This document shows positions 1 to 11,914 of a stretch of DNA of 64,000 nt, in pieces (position 1 is the first letter of the stretch; each line of letters begins with the position of its first letter). Under the pieces are notes generated by a model, which searched no databases, was not told where the DNA came from, and was given only the letters and a program-made list of their open reading frames with translations. Source of the DNA: Cyanophora paradoxa CCMP329 (Eukaryota > Plantae > Glaucophyta). The DNA is taken from positions 186,001 through 250,000 of the forward strand of contig QPMI01000095.1 in NCBI GenBank assembly GCA_004431415.1, written 5' to 3'. The position numbers and the translations under genes are program-made.

Positions 1-1248
1 CTGAATGACATTGCCAGGATGAACGGACTGCTTCTGCGGAAAAAGTAGCCCCCGAAAGATTGGAAGCTCATATGGATGTCAGCTGCTTGGACAACATGGC
101 AGCTGCAACACAAGAACCGATGGCATCCACAGATCTAGAGCAACAACCAGCTGCAGCAAGGCAAGAAATTGAGAAGCCTGAAGAGTTACAGCCGCACCAA
201 GATCTGGAAGAATTGGTTGATGCACAACAGGAAAGCAAACCACAAACTGTGCCGGGGCCACGGGACAAGAATGAGCTTCGCGAGCTCAAAGATGTGAATT
301 CTTCTGTGGAGCAGGATGATGAGGGCGTGGGCAAGGAAAGGCAACCTGTAGAGGTGGATGGATTCTCTTTCACCTGTGCAATTTCTTTCTGACACGATGT
401 AGCAGGTGGAGAAAAAGGATCTGGTGCCTGAATCGGTAAGTGATCGCTTTAGGGTTTTGTGTCTCGTCTTAGCCCGCCCAGGAACACCACGAGTTGGAAG
501 GAGCCAAAGATGCTGCAATCCTCCACCTGCGAGTGTGCTTGAATCAGCCAGTGTTTGTTTCTTGTTTGAGTGCCTTACGAGACTATCATCGCCAGGAGCG
601 AGACCGCCAACTGCAGGAGATGGCAGAACTCGAGGCCGAGATGCGGCGACAACGTGAAGATCGAGATCGCCGCCGCCGGGAAGCTGAAGAAGAGGCATGT
701 CGTTTTTTCCCCTTGCATGGGCTTTGTTCTCTGATCATTTGCAGGATCGGGCAAGACGGGAGATGGAGAGTATTGCACGGCGGGAGGCAGAGAGGCTGGC
801 GGAAGCAGTGCGTCAGAACTCTCCTCCTGTTGGTTGATACCTAAGAAACGTCTCAGGAGCGTGAGGCGAAGGCAAGAGAAGAGCAGCTTCTGCGAGAGGC
901 AGACGAGAGGGAGCGGAAAGAGCAAGAAATGCGTGAAGTAGAAGCAACCCTGGCCCAGTATCTCGCAGTGAGTATCGAGGATGTGATGTCTTTGCCTCTT
1001 TTCTGAATCTCGCTCAGCAACGGAGGCGTGGGACGGAAGACGACGAGGGAATTGTTTCGGCTCCTGCTGTTGGCGAAGACCTTGCAGAGCGCAGCACAGA
1101 AATGTCAGAGCACACGGCAATCTCTGCGAACTCCAGTGGACTGGACGACCAAGCAGTGCCGCCATTGGCATCTTCTTCAGCACCGCAAGCTGCATCATCG
1201 AGTCCATCTGCTGCGGGGCTTGAGGACTCCACAGGAGCGATATCGTGA
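1..1248 (+). CDS. 3' part of multi-exon gene, acidic/coiled-coil protein of unknown function (5' truncated by window)
   Basis: Open E/Q-rich frame to ~352, GT-AG introns (e.g. donor gtaagt at 436), charged coiled-coil exon (ERDRQLQEMAELEAEMRRQREDRDRRRREAEEE), last exon ends ...TGAIS-TGA at 1246-1248. Confidence 0.5.
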
Positions 1249-1630
1249 GCTCTTTTATGTCGTACATTCCCTGACTCTTTTATAAAGTACCACGCAGAAT
1301 CAAGAGCTTTGGCAGTGACGAAGCCTGGTAGCATTGTGTTTCAGATGCGACCCATGACAAGGCGAGCCGTAGCTGTAGGGCCTCCATGCAGAGACAAAGC
1401 CCTAACTTCCTGACCTGACTTGCGGCAGTGCTCCCTAAGACCAGACAGGGCACGCGGGGAGACTGAAGGGCCCCGGGGTCGGAACTGTCTAACCGAAATC
1501 GAAGTCCATATCTCTTGCTCTACCAGGCGGTGCATGGGCCTTGTGCGGTGGCGCCCTTCGCAAGAAAAGCAGTGAGATTGTTATATCTAAAATTCAGGAC
1601 ATATCCGGCGTGTGAGCCATGCGCGTGTCT

Positions 1631-2190
1631 GCATTTCAAATATACACACGCGTTATCTGGACTAGCCCTGTAGCTGTTCGGACTAGCAGTGTACGCTGAG
1701 CAATCATACGGGCTCTCTCTGATAGGCAACTCGACGTCGAGATCGAAGTCGAAACAGAGGGGTCGAAATGGAAATCTAAGCCTTCTGTTGCTCTACAGGA
1801 TCCCGGACTAGGCGTGGTCGAGGTGCGTTTAGAGGTCTCGAAATCCAAATCAAGGCCCAAGTGCGTTATAATTAAGAGGTCTCGAAATCCAAATCGTCAT
1901 GATCAGAGGCTCATGATCAGATCCAAATCAAAGCTTAAGCCCCCCGCGACCGAGGTCAGCTGCTTCACTCTCCCCCCAAACCAGGCGTATATCGATAGCA
2001 GTGAACTGTACATGTAGGCGCCTGATGGGCTCGAGACAGCTGCACAGTGTGTTAAGACCAGAGAGCGGCATTTCCCTGCAGCCACCGGCCGCAACGCAGG
2101 GCCCTGCCAGCCAGCTTGCTGGTACGGCAGTTATAGTGTACATCCCACACTTGTTGCCCCCTCGTTGCAATGCTGTGTGTGTCCAAATCG
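1631..2190. repeat. Dispersed repeat family A, copy 1
   Basis: GCATTTCA(A/G)ATATACACAC...GGACTAGGCGTG matches 14763-14946; AAATCCAAATCAA arrays; AGTGTACATCCCACACTTGT (2135-2154) identical to 15713-15732. Confidence 0.8.
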
Positions 2191-2223
2191 TATGGATACT
2201 TACAGTGAGAGCTATTGTACAAT

Positions 2224-2269
2224 GGGTCACCTTGGGATGACCCCGGTATGGGTCACCTTGTGGTGACCC
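2224..2269 (-). other. Tandem pair of 8-bp stem-loops in the RNR2 3' UTR
   Basis: Minus strand GGGTCACC-ACAA-GGTGACCC and GGGTCATC-CCAA-GGTGACCC, 26-nt period, starting 17 nt after the stop codon. Confidence 0.6.
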
Positions 2270-2285
2270 CGGTGTTTGCCTGGAA

Positions 2286-3902
2286 CTAGAAATCAGCATC
2301 GAGTGTGAAGGCCTTAGTGTCACGGCCTGCCATAACCCCAGCCTTCTGCTTTCGGAATCAATCCAGGAACATTGTGAAGACAGAGAAGGTCTGTGTCAAG
2401 CACCTGGTAGTCACCAACACGCTTCTCAAAAAAGTTGGTCTTTCCCTGAAGGCTGATCATGTCCTGCGGTGCATGTCAGCTTCAAAAGAGGGTGAAAGGG
2501 CGGGGGCACACACCATCCAGTCGAATGGATTCTTGGTGTTGTAAATCTTGGTAGATCCAAGGGCAACAAGTAGTCTGAGTAAAGAAGTCAGCGAGAAGGA
2601 ACAAGAAGTGATCGGACTTCAGCACGACGAACCGGTCTGCAACGAACTCGATGTACTGTAGATTCAATGCATCAGAAACGACCATGTGAGGAAGCCACAC
2701 TACTCACCTGACTCATAAGCTCCGCGTTCATACCGATGAGGTGCACGGGCAAGGCATCGCTGATGAACTCTTTTTCGATCGCGACCGCATCTGAGATGAT
2801 CTTGTGCAAGACCGTGTCGCTGAGCTTGTTGACGAGCATCGAGTCTGCGGGGTTTCGTGTTTGCGAGGCCGTTCTGGCAAGCTGGGGGCGAGGAGGCTTA
2901 CAAAGAAGGCAGGCGAAGTCGCAATGCAAGCCCTGCGGTGCGCGGGGCGTAAGTGGGCGGGCGAGATGGCAGTAGCGCGGTGCACGCGCCTCATCGCGGC
3001 TGATAAGCTCGTTCGAGAACGTGAGGCCTGGCATCATGCCACGTTTCTTCAGCCAGAAGATAGCGCAGAACGAGCCCGAGAAGAAGATGCCTTCGACAGC
3101 AGCGAAGGCCACGAGCCGCTCGGCAAATGAGCTCGAGTTAGTGATCCATCGCATTGCCCACTGAGCCTTCTTCTGGACGCAAGGTACGGTCTCGATCGCA
3201 TTGAATAGGCGGGTCTTCTCCAGCGGGTCACGAATATGTGAGGTCGGCGATCGGGTCAGGGGGGCAGCGCATGCGGAAGCAGACTAACGCGAGGAATGCC
3301 GGGCAAGGATATAGGTATCAATGAGAAGCGAGTATGTCTCTGAATGCACGTTTTCCATTGCAATCTGAAACCCGTAAAAGCAGCGGGCCTCCGGGATCTG
3401 GACTTCGCGGGAGAAGTTGACTGCCAGGTTCTCGTTCACAATGCCGTCGCTCGCCGCGAAGAACGCAAGCACGTGTGAGATGAAGTGACGCTCGTTATCG
3501 GTCAGCTTGTTCTCCCACTGCGAGAGCGCCGGCGCTTCAGCGAGGGACAATTTGAATTCGAATCGCGCGTGCGCACGTCCGGCAGATCGTGGCTAAGGTC
3601 GATCTCCTCCGCTGTACTATAGAGTGAACAAGCAGCTCACGTGCACGACGCCAGCGCCGTGCTAGAGAGGACGCCAGACACGTGCCGACGGGCGGGAGCG
3701 TGAAAGAGGGGATCGCACCAGTCCAGAAAGAGGCCATGTGCTTCTTGTACATCTCGAAGACCTGGGCGGCGGCTCGCGAGACCGGCGGCGGCAGCGCAGG
3801 CAACAAACGGCGGACCTTCGAGTACTGGATGGGGAAAAGAACAAAACGGCGCGGATTCTCCGTCAAAATAGGCTCTGGGACGGGCAAATCGACGGAAGGC
3901 AT
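2286..3902 (-). CDS. RNR2: Ribonucleoside-diphosphate reductase small subunit (class Ia beta), multi-exon
   Basis: [95 protein letters not shown]-terminal FTLDADF*. Confidence 0.97.
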
Positions 3903-3911
3903 CTTGGCGTC

Positions 3912-3922
3912 TTCGCGGGAAT
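3912..3922 (-). promoter_or_regulatory. Candidate E2F site upstream of RNR2
   Basis: ATTCCCGC (minus, 3915-3922) fits WTTSSCSS and overlaps TTCGCGG on plus; RNR small-subunit genes are established E2F targets. Confidence 0.5.
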
Positions 3923-4059
3923 CAAAAAACAAAGGAGGGGTACTACTTATTTCATTATTACATTGTACCCCTCTGCAAACGACAAAGTGAGACAAAGGCA
4001 AAGCTATAGACTAGTACTCGAGCCGCGGCCGAAGTAGGCCGCGGCCGGCCGAGAGCGCC

Positions 4060-7000
4060 ATGGATGATTTGTTCGCGGATCTCGGCCTCGGCTCCTCGAG
4101 CTCTCACGGGGGCGCCAGCTCGTCGGAGTCGCCCGCCAGCCCCAGCCCCTCGTCCGCGAGAGGCCTGGCGCCGAGCCCCGCCAAACTGGCGGTTGATAGG
4201 GCGGCGAGCAGCGTAACCGGAACGGCGAGGTCCGCATCAGTCAGAGAGATGCCTCGCCAGCCGCCAGCCGGGGCCAGCACCCCCTCAACACCATCTCGCG
4301 GGTCGAAATCGGCGTCAGCGCACGCCCCGAGGCCAGACTCGCCGACTTCCGTATTGTCGGGCTCTTCGCTCAACGGGACATCATCCGAAGCGGCACATGA
4401 ACGGATCATGCGTGGCTTGACGAAGGGCCCGCGCTTCAGAAGCGCTGCAAGCGAGGCCTCGGCAGGCTCGGCGCGGCGGAAGTGCGGGATATGCAAGCTC
4501 GCGGTGTGCGAGTGCACGGGGCCGCAGAGGAGGAGCTACGCGGCGAGTGCGACTGCGCGGAAAACGCACGACGCGTCGACGACACGAGTGCGGGAAGACT
4601 GGGCCTCCGGGGACATGTGGCGGCTGCCCGGGGACGGGTTGGAGGCGAGACAGTTCCTGGACTCTCGGCTTCGAGGCGGCAGCGACGCAGGCTCTGTTGA
4701 TGACGTGGGCAACTTAATCGGCGGGCCCAAGGGCGCCGACTACCGGCACGCTCCCCTCCGTGGTCGCCTGCGATGCGCGGGGCGTGTGCTCAAATTGATG
4801 CAGGTTGCTGGTTCGGGGCACGCACGAGCGTCTGGCGGAGTTTAAACGTCGGCACGAGGTCCGAGAAGCACAGCGAGGCCCCGAGCTCGAGGCGAGCTTC
4901 GAGAGTCCTGGCGACTTCGAGGACCACCGCCGTCGCGTCGAGAACACGCACGCCCAACTCGGTCGCTTCCTTTCACGATTCGAGGGCGCCGGTAGCCCCA
5001 TTCGCGAAACTCGCCACCACTCCCCAGAAACTCATACCTCCCATCCAAAAAACGGGCCTGACCGGGGCCGCGGCCCGGGTGGCAACTCTGCCGCCCATTG
5101 GCCCTCCGCCATACCGTCTTCGCACGGCCCGGCGGTATCCGGCCAACCGCGGAGCCCCGGTATCCACGAGAGGTGCGAGGTGGTAGGGTTGGGGCCGCTG
5201 GGGGGGAAGGGCGGGTGGCTGACGCATCTCCAGGGGAGTGAGGAGGAGTGAGGCGGAGCATCGTATCATGGAGGAGATTCGGGCGCTCGAGGCCGCCTTA
5301 GCACATCACCCGCAGAGCGAGCCGCAGAGGGGGACCTCGCCGCCCCGAATGGCCCCTGCCGCACACCAGCCTCGTCATGAGGATGAGGTGCGCCAGGCCT
5401 CGAATCACAACGCAGCGCCGTTTCCAATGATTGCCCAGTGGCGACGCCGCTCCGTCACCTTCGCGGACGAGGCGGGGCATCCTGCGGGGAGCCGCAATCT
5501 CGCGCGCCTGCACTCGGACGCTCAGCTTGATGCCGACCTTGAGGCGGTGCGGTCCGCGGGGCGTTTTGCGCGGGCCTGTGTCCAAGGCCCTTGCCGCAGG
5601 CCCGCGCGGAGCTTCTGCGCGACCGTCTCGAGAACGTTTCGGCCTCGCTGGACGAGCGTGAGCGCCGGGCCCGCTCAGCGCCCCGCGCCCGGCCTTCCTT
5701 CGAGGCCGCCTTTCCCAACCTGGACGGACCGACGCCCCGGGGCCGGCCCTCCTATGCGTGCGCGCCACCCCGCGTCTCGTACCGCGTGTTTGCGTAACGC
5801 AATGGCAGAGACGACGCGGAGCTCCTTGCCAGCGCCCGCCGCGCGGCCGCGCGAAATGTGCAGGGCGTTGTCCCGCCTCCGCGTCCCGGCGTGCGGCGCA
5901 CCCTGGGGGCCACCCTCTCGCGGGCGTTGCGCGCGATCTCCCCGGGGGCGTACCGCGCCTTCGCGGGGGAGAACGTGCACGCGTGCCTTCCAGGCCTCGA
6001 GCACAGCCACCGCCTGCGCGGCCGCTCCTCGGACTACCTCGTCTCAGAGCCGGCCCTCGATGCACAACGCGATCCCGAGGCGCAACGAGGACGCAATCCG
6101 CAGCAGCGTGACCGGCCGGCCTGGCGCGGGCCTCAGTGGCAGCCTCCGAAACTCCGCAGCGGCCTTGCCCCCACTGCCCCACCTCAGGCTCCGATCCTGG
6201 AGCCCGCGGTCATTGAGAATCCGCCCCCTACCGCCTTCCCTCCGCCTCCGGCATTACCTTCGCCCGCTCCTCCACTCTTGCCACCTCCGGAGCCTCCGCT
6301 CATCGTTGATCTACCGTTTCCTGAGCGAGCCGCTCCTCCGCCGCCGCCGCAGCTGGCGCCGCTGTCGGAGATCCGGCAGCGAAGCGGCGCTCCTCGGCCA
6401 GCTTCAGTTGGAGAGGAGTTCCGGCCGCTGGACGAGGATCGCGCAACGGTGGGCAGTCGAGTCGCTGTTGCGGCGGCGGGCGGCCCAGTGCCGAAATCGG
6501 TCATCGAGGGGCGCCTTGCGGAGCTGCGCAGGGCTCTTGGGCGCACCGCATACGGATATGTGCCCCCGCCGCCTCCTGCTGAGCTCCGTGCCCTCCTCCC
6601 GGACGGCGCACTCTACATGCCCGGTTTGACTGCGGTATCCGAGGACGTCCCACCTCGCCCCAGTGCCGCCTTCGCCCATGCTACCTCGCCGTCTTTCGGC
6701 GCGGCCTACTCGCCATACGAACAGCCGCAGGGACCCTCGGCGAGCCCGCCTTCAGCGAGCCCTCCCACAGCGCTCCTCCCCATCGGTGGGGGCGTCTCAG
6801 CGTTCGAGTTCGGAAGCGTCCCATCCCCCGCGCGCCCGGAGCTGCGCTCCTCGCCCGCCATGGCAGCTCCGGCTCCTGGGCCTCTGCAAGGTGCCCGGCT
6901 CTTCCCGACCTTTGTCCCTGCGCCGGCGACCCTTGTGCCCGTTTGCATCCCGGGACCAGCGCCTCCGAGCGGCGACCGAGGGCGGGCGGCGCGACGGGCA

Positions 7001-7805
7001 GCCCGCGGGGGCCCCTCGCCGCCCACATCATGCTCAAGCGAGAGCGATAGCAGCGAAGAGAGCAGCGGCAGCGGCAGCGAGGCTAGCTACGGCAGCAGCT
7101 CGACCGCCACCAGCAGCGGCGGCAAGCCGCGCAAGCAGCCCCACAGGGGCGCCAGGCGCAGCGGCTCTGTCGCCACTGCAGCAGACGGCGTGGGCAGCGC
7201 CGGGGGCGAGCTTGCAGCCGACCCCGCCTCCCGACTCCCTTCAGCAACTCCGTCTCGCTTGCCCTCCGCGCCCCAGAGCGCACGTGTGCGTCTCTGACTT
7301 GCGGTCTCAAATGGTGCGCTTCTGACGCGGAAGCCAGTCGCAGCGGCGGGACAGCCGGGCGCCATCGACGGGCGGCTCGGGCGCCGATGCCGGCCTCGCG
7401 GACGCGCAGAGGGTGCAATTCGCGGAGGCTGCTGCCGAGACCGAGGAGCTTGCGGACGCTTACGAGGCCCTCAAGGCGTGTCCCAGACCCCCGTCACGCT
7501 TCTCTCCAGGGCCTCACACGTCGCAGACTCCTCTTTCGAAGCTGGGCTACGGGCCGCCGCGTGGACGGCCATCGCCGACAGAGCTGCGGGCAATGGCAGC
7601 GAAGCTTGAGCGGGACCTCGATGCAGCGGCGGAGCTGGAGGCGCGGGCACGCGCTGCGGGGCCCGTGCTGACGTATGAGGAGCGGCGCATGGTGGACAAG
7701 GAGAGGCGGTTTGACATGGGCGGCCGCTTTGTTGCCTTCCTTTCCGTCGTACTCGCCCTTGCCGGCCTCGGCGTGGTCGTCGCGCTGGCCATCGACCAGT
7801 TTTAA
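4060..7805 (+). CDS. Multi-exon Pro/Ser-rich protein of unknown function with C-terminal TM anchor
   Basis: Starts MDDLFADLGLG; CGICKLAVCEC motif; long Pro-rich exon (5858-7297 frame); ends with hydrophobic FVAFLSVVLALAGLGVVVALAIDQF*. Confidence 0.6.
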
Positions 7806-8265
7806 TCTAGCACAGCGCTTGTTGGCATGCACTTAATCGACACATACAGGTTGAAGACAAAGCTTCCGCGAGACGCATGTGACACGCATGCAACCACGCC
7901 GGGCGCATTGATAACACGGTAAATCAGTTCTGAGAACTTCGGTATATGGCCGGGGAACGCCGAGCTCGAGTGCAATTGCAAAGCCAGCGCTAGCGACGTC
8001 AGGAAGGAGTGGGCTCTCCCCGGCACCTATAGCTAGCTATATAGTTATAGACAGCCTGGCAGAGCCGTAGATTGCAGCCGCTGAGCACTGCAAGTCACCG
8101 AGTCCAGCATGCGCAAGCCGGTAGCCGGAGCTCACTGAGTCGGCTACTCCGCAGCGCGCATGCGTGCCGTGATAGCGCTTTGCCACGTGCACGGTTCATG
8201 CGCATGCCCTGCGCATGCAAATTCGGCCCGCGGCTGCAACCCATGGTCAAGTTGGTGTACCCCGG

Positions 8266-8295
8266 GTTCCCGCCGCGAATCCCGCGTCGCGGGAT
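8266..8295. promoter_or_regulatory. Cluster of E2F-like TCCCGC sites upstream of the DEL gene
   Basis: GTTCCCGCC then perfect inverted pair ATCCCGCG-T-CGCGGGAT (8279-8295), ~130 bp before the ATG. Confidence 0.35.
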
Positions 8296-8424
8296 CCGGT
8301 GTCTTTTTACCTCTCTCTGGAGCTCGTGATATAGGCCTTGGTTCCTGGGAGCAGCGTGGAACCGCGCACAGCCTTCAGACCGCCCGGGGAGCGGCTTCTA
8401 CGCATCGCACCACGGAAGCGGTCC

Positions 8425-11400
8425 ATGGCAGCGGTCCCAGGCGCCGCGCCGGCGCCACCTTCGGGAGCCGCCGTGGTTGGAGGCATCGCAGGGGCGCGGT
8501 TCTATAGCTTCCAGCCTCCCACCGCGACGTCCGCGGTGCGCTCGATGCAGGCTTTCTTTGGCTTCTTTTTGCGGCATCTTCACCAGTTTTCATTTCTCTT
8601 CATGTACACCACCGTGATGTGTTCCACTTTGCGCACGCAGAACCAGCCCGTCCGAGTGGCGAGCTCTTCGGCCTCGCCGGCGGCATTTGCGGCCTTCTCT
8701 GCCCCCGCCGTCAAGGTGGCGTCGATTCCTGCAGCGTTCCCCCGCGTGGGTTCGCCTCAGGTGGCCCCGGCTGTCATCTCGCGACCGGCCTCGGCACAAG
8801 CAGCGCCGCCCGCGCCAAGCCCGCCCAGCCGCGCGAGCAGCTCATCGGGTCATCAGTCCGGCGAACAGACTCAGGCATACAGCCGCAAGGATAAATCTCT
8901 CGGTCTCCTTTGCGAGAAGTGCGACGTCCGCTGTCCCTCCTGCCTTCGAATGCCTGAGCTGGTGCTCTTCGCACGCCGTAGTTTTTTGAAGGAGTATGGG
9001 ATGTCTATGAACGACGAGATCCAGCTCGATCAGGCTGCTGAGCGCCTCGGTGAGCTTGAGGCAATTTCTTCTCGCGCAAAAATTGCTGATGCTCGCAGGC
9101 GTCGAGAGGAGGCGGATCTATGACATCGTCAACGTGCTGGAGAGCATTGAAATCGTCGTCCGCAAGCAAAAGAACTGCTATGCATGGCTTGGCCTTACTC
9201 GCCTCCCTTCCGCGCTCGATCGCCTCCGGGTCCGTCTCTCTTGCGTTCCCGTCTCTTGTGTGCTTTCGTCAACGTCTCCCCACTGCCAGGAACAAGCAAA
9301 CGCAGAAAAATTCAAACTTTTTCCTGGACTCGCAGAGGGGCAAGCAGGCGCGCAAGCGGGCACTGCTGCTGCGGTGATCAGCCCTTCTTTGTCCTTGCAA
9401 CGCTTTTCACACCGAGCAGCGCCCCTCCACGAGTAACGGTGATGTGAGCGGAGACGATGATGAGGATGACGATGATGGAGGGCGCGGGCGGAGAAAAGGC
9501 GGACGTGAGCCGTGTCGCACTCGTTCGTTTTGAAATGGCCTGAAGAGCGGCGCGGGGGCAGGGGGCGGCGGAGGTGGAGGGGCGGGGGAGAGCAGAAAGG
9601 ACCGATCCCTGGGGATCTTGAGCCAGCGTTTCGTGCAGCTGTTCCTCCTCGAGGGTGTGAAGCCGGTTGTGTCCCTCGAGCAGGCGGGCCGCGCCCTGCA
9701 CGGCTCGCAGGCGGACGAGGCCAAGATGAAGGCGCCAGGTTCGGCTCTGCTCCAGTGTCGGTTCCGGCTCGCCTCAGTGGGCCGCAGTCCGGCGATTGTA
9801 TGACATCGCGAACATTCTGTCGAGCCTTCACCTGGTAGAAAAGGTTCACGTGGGCGATTCGCGCAAGCCGTCATTCAAGTGGCTCGGCGCGGGTGTCTAC
9901 TCGGTCGACGGGACTGAGCCCGGTGCGATTGACCGCGCCCGTTCCTCTTGAGACGCACTGACACTCGGCTGCAGACCTTGAGACTCTGAAGCGGAAGGCG
10001 GGCACAGCGTCCATTCTGTCTCTCATGGGTCCGGCCCTTGCCTTCCCCCATCATGCTCGAGTGAGCCGTGCCGCAGCTGGCACAGCCGTCAAGAGGCAGA
10101 GGGTAGGCGAGGGGCCGCTCGTTCCCATCAGCGTTCCGCTTGGCTCGCCAGAACCGTCCACGGCAACCGCAAGACCAGCGGCAAGGCAGCGGGCCCAGGG
10201 CAAGGGGGGCCGCGGACGCGGCGGGTCTCGGGGGAGGAGGCGCAAGCCGGAGGACGAGGACGAGGCGGACGAGGAGGAAGCTGCGGTTGAGGAAGAAGTG
10301 CTGGCAGACGAATCCGCACCAGTCCTGGAGGCAGACTCGTCCCGCAGCGCCCTCCCCGCCGGGGCTGGGCGCTCGGGGCGCTCCTCCCGCCGCTCGGCAA
10401 CAGACGCAGCGGCTACGGTGGAGGCTTCGAGCTCGGCCGTTTCTGCGGGGCGACACTCGCGGGGCATGCGGCGGAGCGCGGCTGCAGCGGCGGCAGCGAA
10501 GTGGAAGCGGCTTGGCGAGGAGGCGGCCGATGAGGAGGAGGACGGGGCGGCGCATGATGCAAAACGGAAGGAGGGGTCCGAGATTGCGAATGAGTTGGCG
10601 AGCGAGGGCGAGTTGGAGGCCCCCGCCGTCGCTGTGGATGCGGATGCAGAGGAAGAGGAACGCGGCGCATCGTGGGCGACCACTCGGCCACCGGAGGCCA
10701 AGCCGCTCACGTGCGAGGAGGCCGCGGAGCTTGCTGAGCTGCACAGCGCGCCCGGCGTGGGGCGGCGAGCAGAACGCTACCGCGACCTCCTCCGTCGCCA
10801 CCATGCCACCCTCTTCGCGGGACCCGGTGGCCACGCTGCCGCCGCTGCCGCCGTCCGTGTCCTTCGCCGCGCTCTCGCGCAGGCCCCTGCAGATACCAGC
10901 CGTGTGCAGCTGGCGCGCACACTGGGCCAGCTTCTCCTCGTGCGTCTGTTGGACGCTCTGCTCGACGGGAGCCTGACGTGGCCCATCCGCAGCACTGTGC
11001 CATGCAGCCGCCTTCACAGGAGCCCGAAGCCGAGCGGCGCCATTTGCGGGGGCGCTTTGAGGCCGTCCTGGCCGGTTCGCCACGCTCCCAATCTGGTGGC
11101 CACGGCAGCCCCTCAGACGCCCCGCAGAGGAGCAGCCGGGGTGGGAAGACTCTGCACTGGCTGAGATGCTCAACCGGCTGCACACGGCGGATGATGAAGC
11201 ACCTGAGGCCTGGGCCGCCGCTCTCCTCGCCGACCCTTGCCGCCTTCCGGCCGCGATACCCGACCCTTGGGCCCTCGACCCGCTGCGGCTCTGCGCACTC
11301 CAAAGTGGCTTTCTCGCCGCAATGAGGTGCCGTGCTTCAGCCTCGGGCAGCCGCGCGGCTGGCCGTGCCAGTGCCCTTGAGATTTCCGTGGCTACCCCGG

Positions 11401-11702
11401 AGCAGTTCCAGCGCTTTCTCGCCCATGTCCTCCTCCCCGCCCTCTCGGGCGCCGCCTCCGCCACGACCACCCTTGCTACCCTCTCTTCCGCTGCTTCCGC
11501 TTTTCTTACTCATCCTCTGCCCGGTGCTCTCTCTGGACCGTCTCCCGGGCCTCTTAGTGCACCTTTACAGCCACTGATCCCCACCTCAAAACTGCAAAAG
11601 ACGGAGCCCGACCCCACCCTTGCCTTTTTTGCTGCCTCCCCCGTCGCACCCCTCGCCCCTCCACTTTCGCCTAAAATGTCTGCAGACCTTTGTAGCCACT
11701 GA
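8425..11702 (+). CDS. DEL: Atypical E2F transcription factor (DEL / E2F7-8 type, two winged-helix DBDs)
   Basis: DBD1 [36 protein letters not shown]; DBD2 [45 protein letters not shown]; C-terminal exons less certain. Confidence 0.9.
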
Positions 11703-11773
11703 TGGTGCCTCGTATGCATGTGCATTTGAATTTTCAAATGATTTGCCCTGCAGCAAGCCCCCGATCTCGAGCT

Positions 11774-11851
11774 CTGCAGTAAAGAACCAAAGCGTTTGAG
11801 GAGGTCGTTAAGAATCTCAAGACATTCTAATTTCACTTCGGTTGCTTCGTC
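11774..11851 (-). pseudogene. Orphan exon resembling CAND1 HEAT-repeat segment
   Basis: CAG acceptor then DEATEVKLECLEILNDLLKRFGSLLQ, resembling CAND1 (IKCECLEIxxDxxxxxGSL, recalled from memory); no other CAND1 exons recognised nearby. Confidence 0.55.
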
Positions 11852-11914
11852 CTGCCGTGGCAGAGTTTAACGGCGAGCCAACGCACTCCTGGTCGTACAG
11901 TTGGGGAGCATGAA

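Noticed and set aside
2286-3902. Giant-virus origin of RNR2
   Set aside because: Host-type introns and no viral hallmark genes in the window
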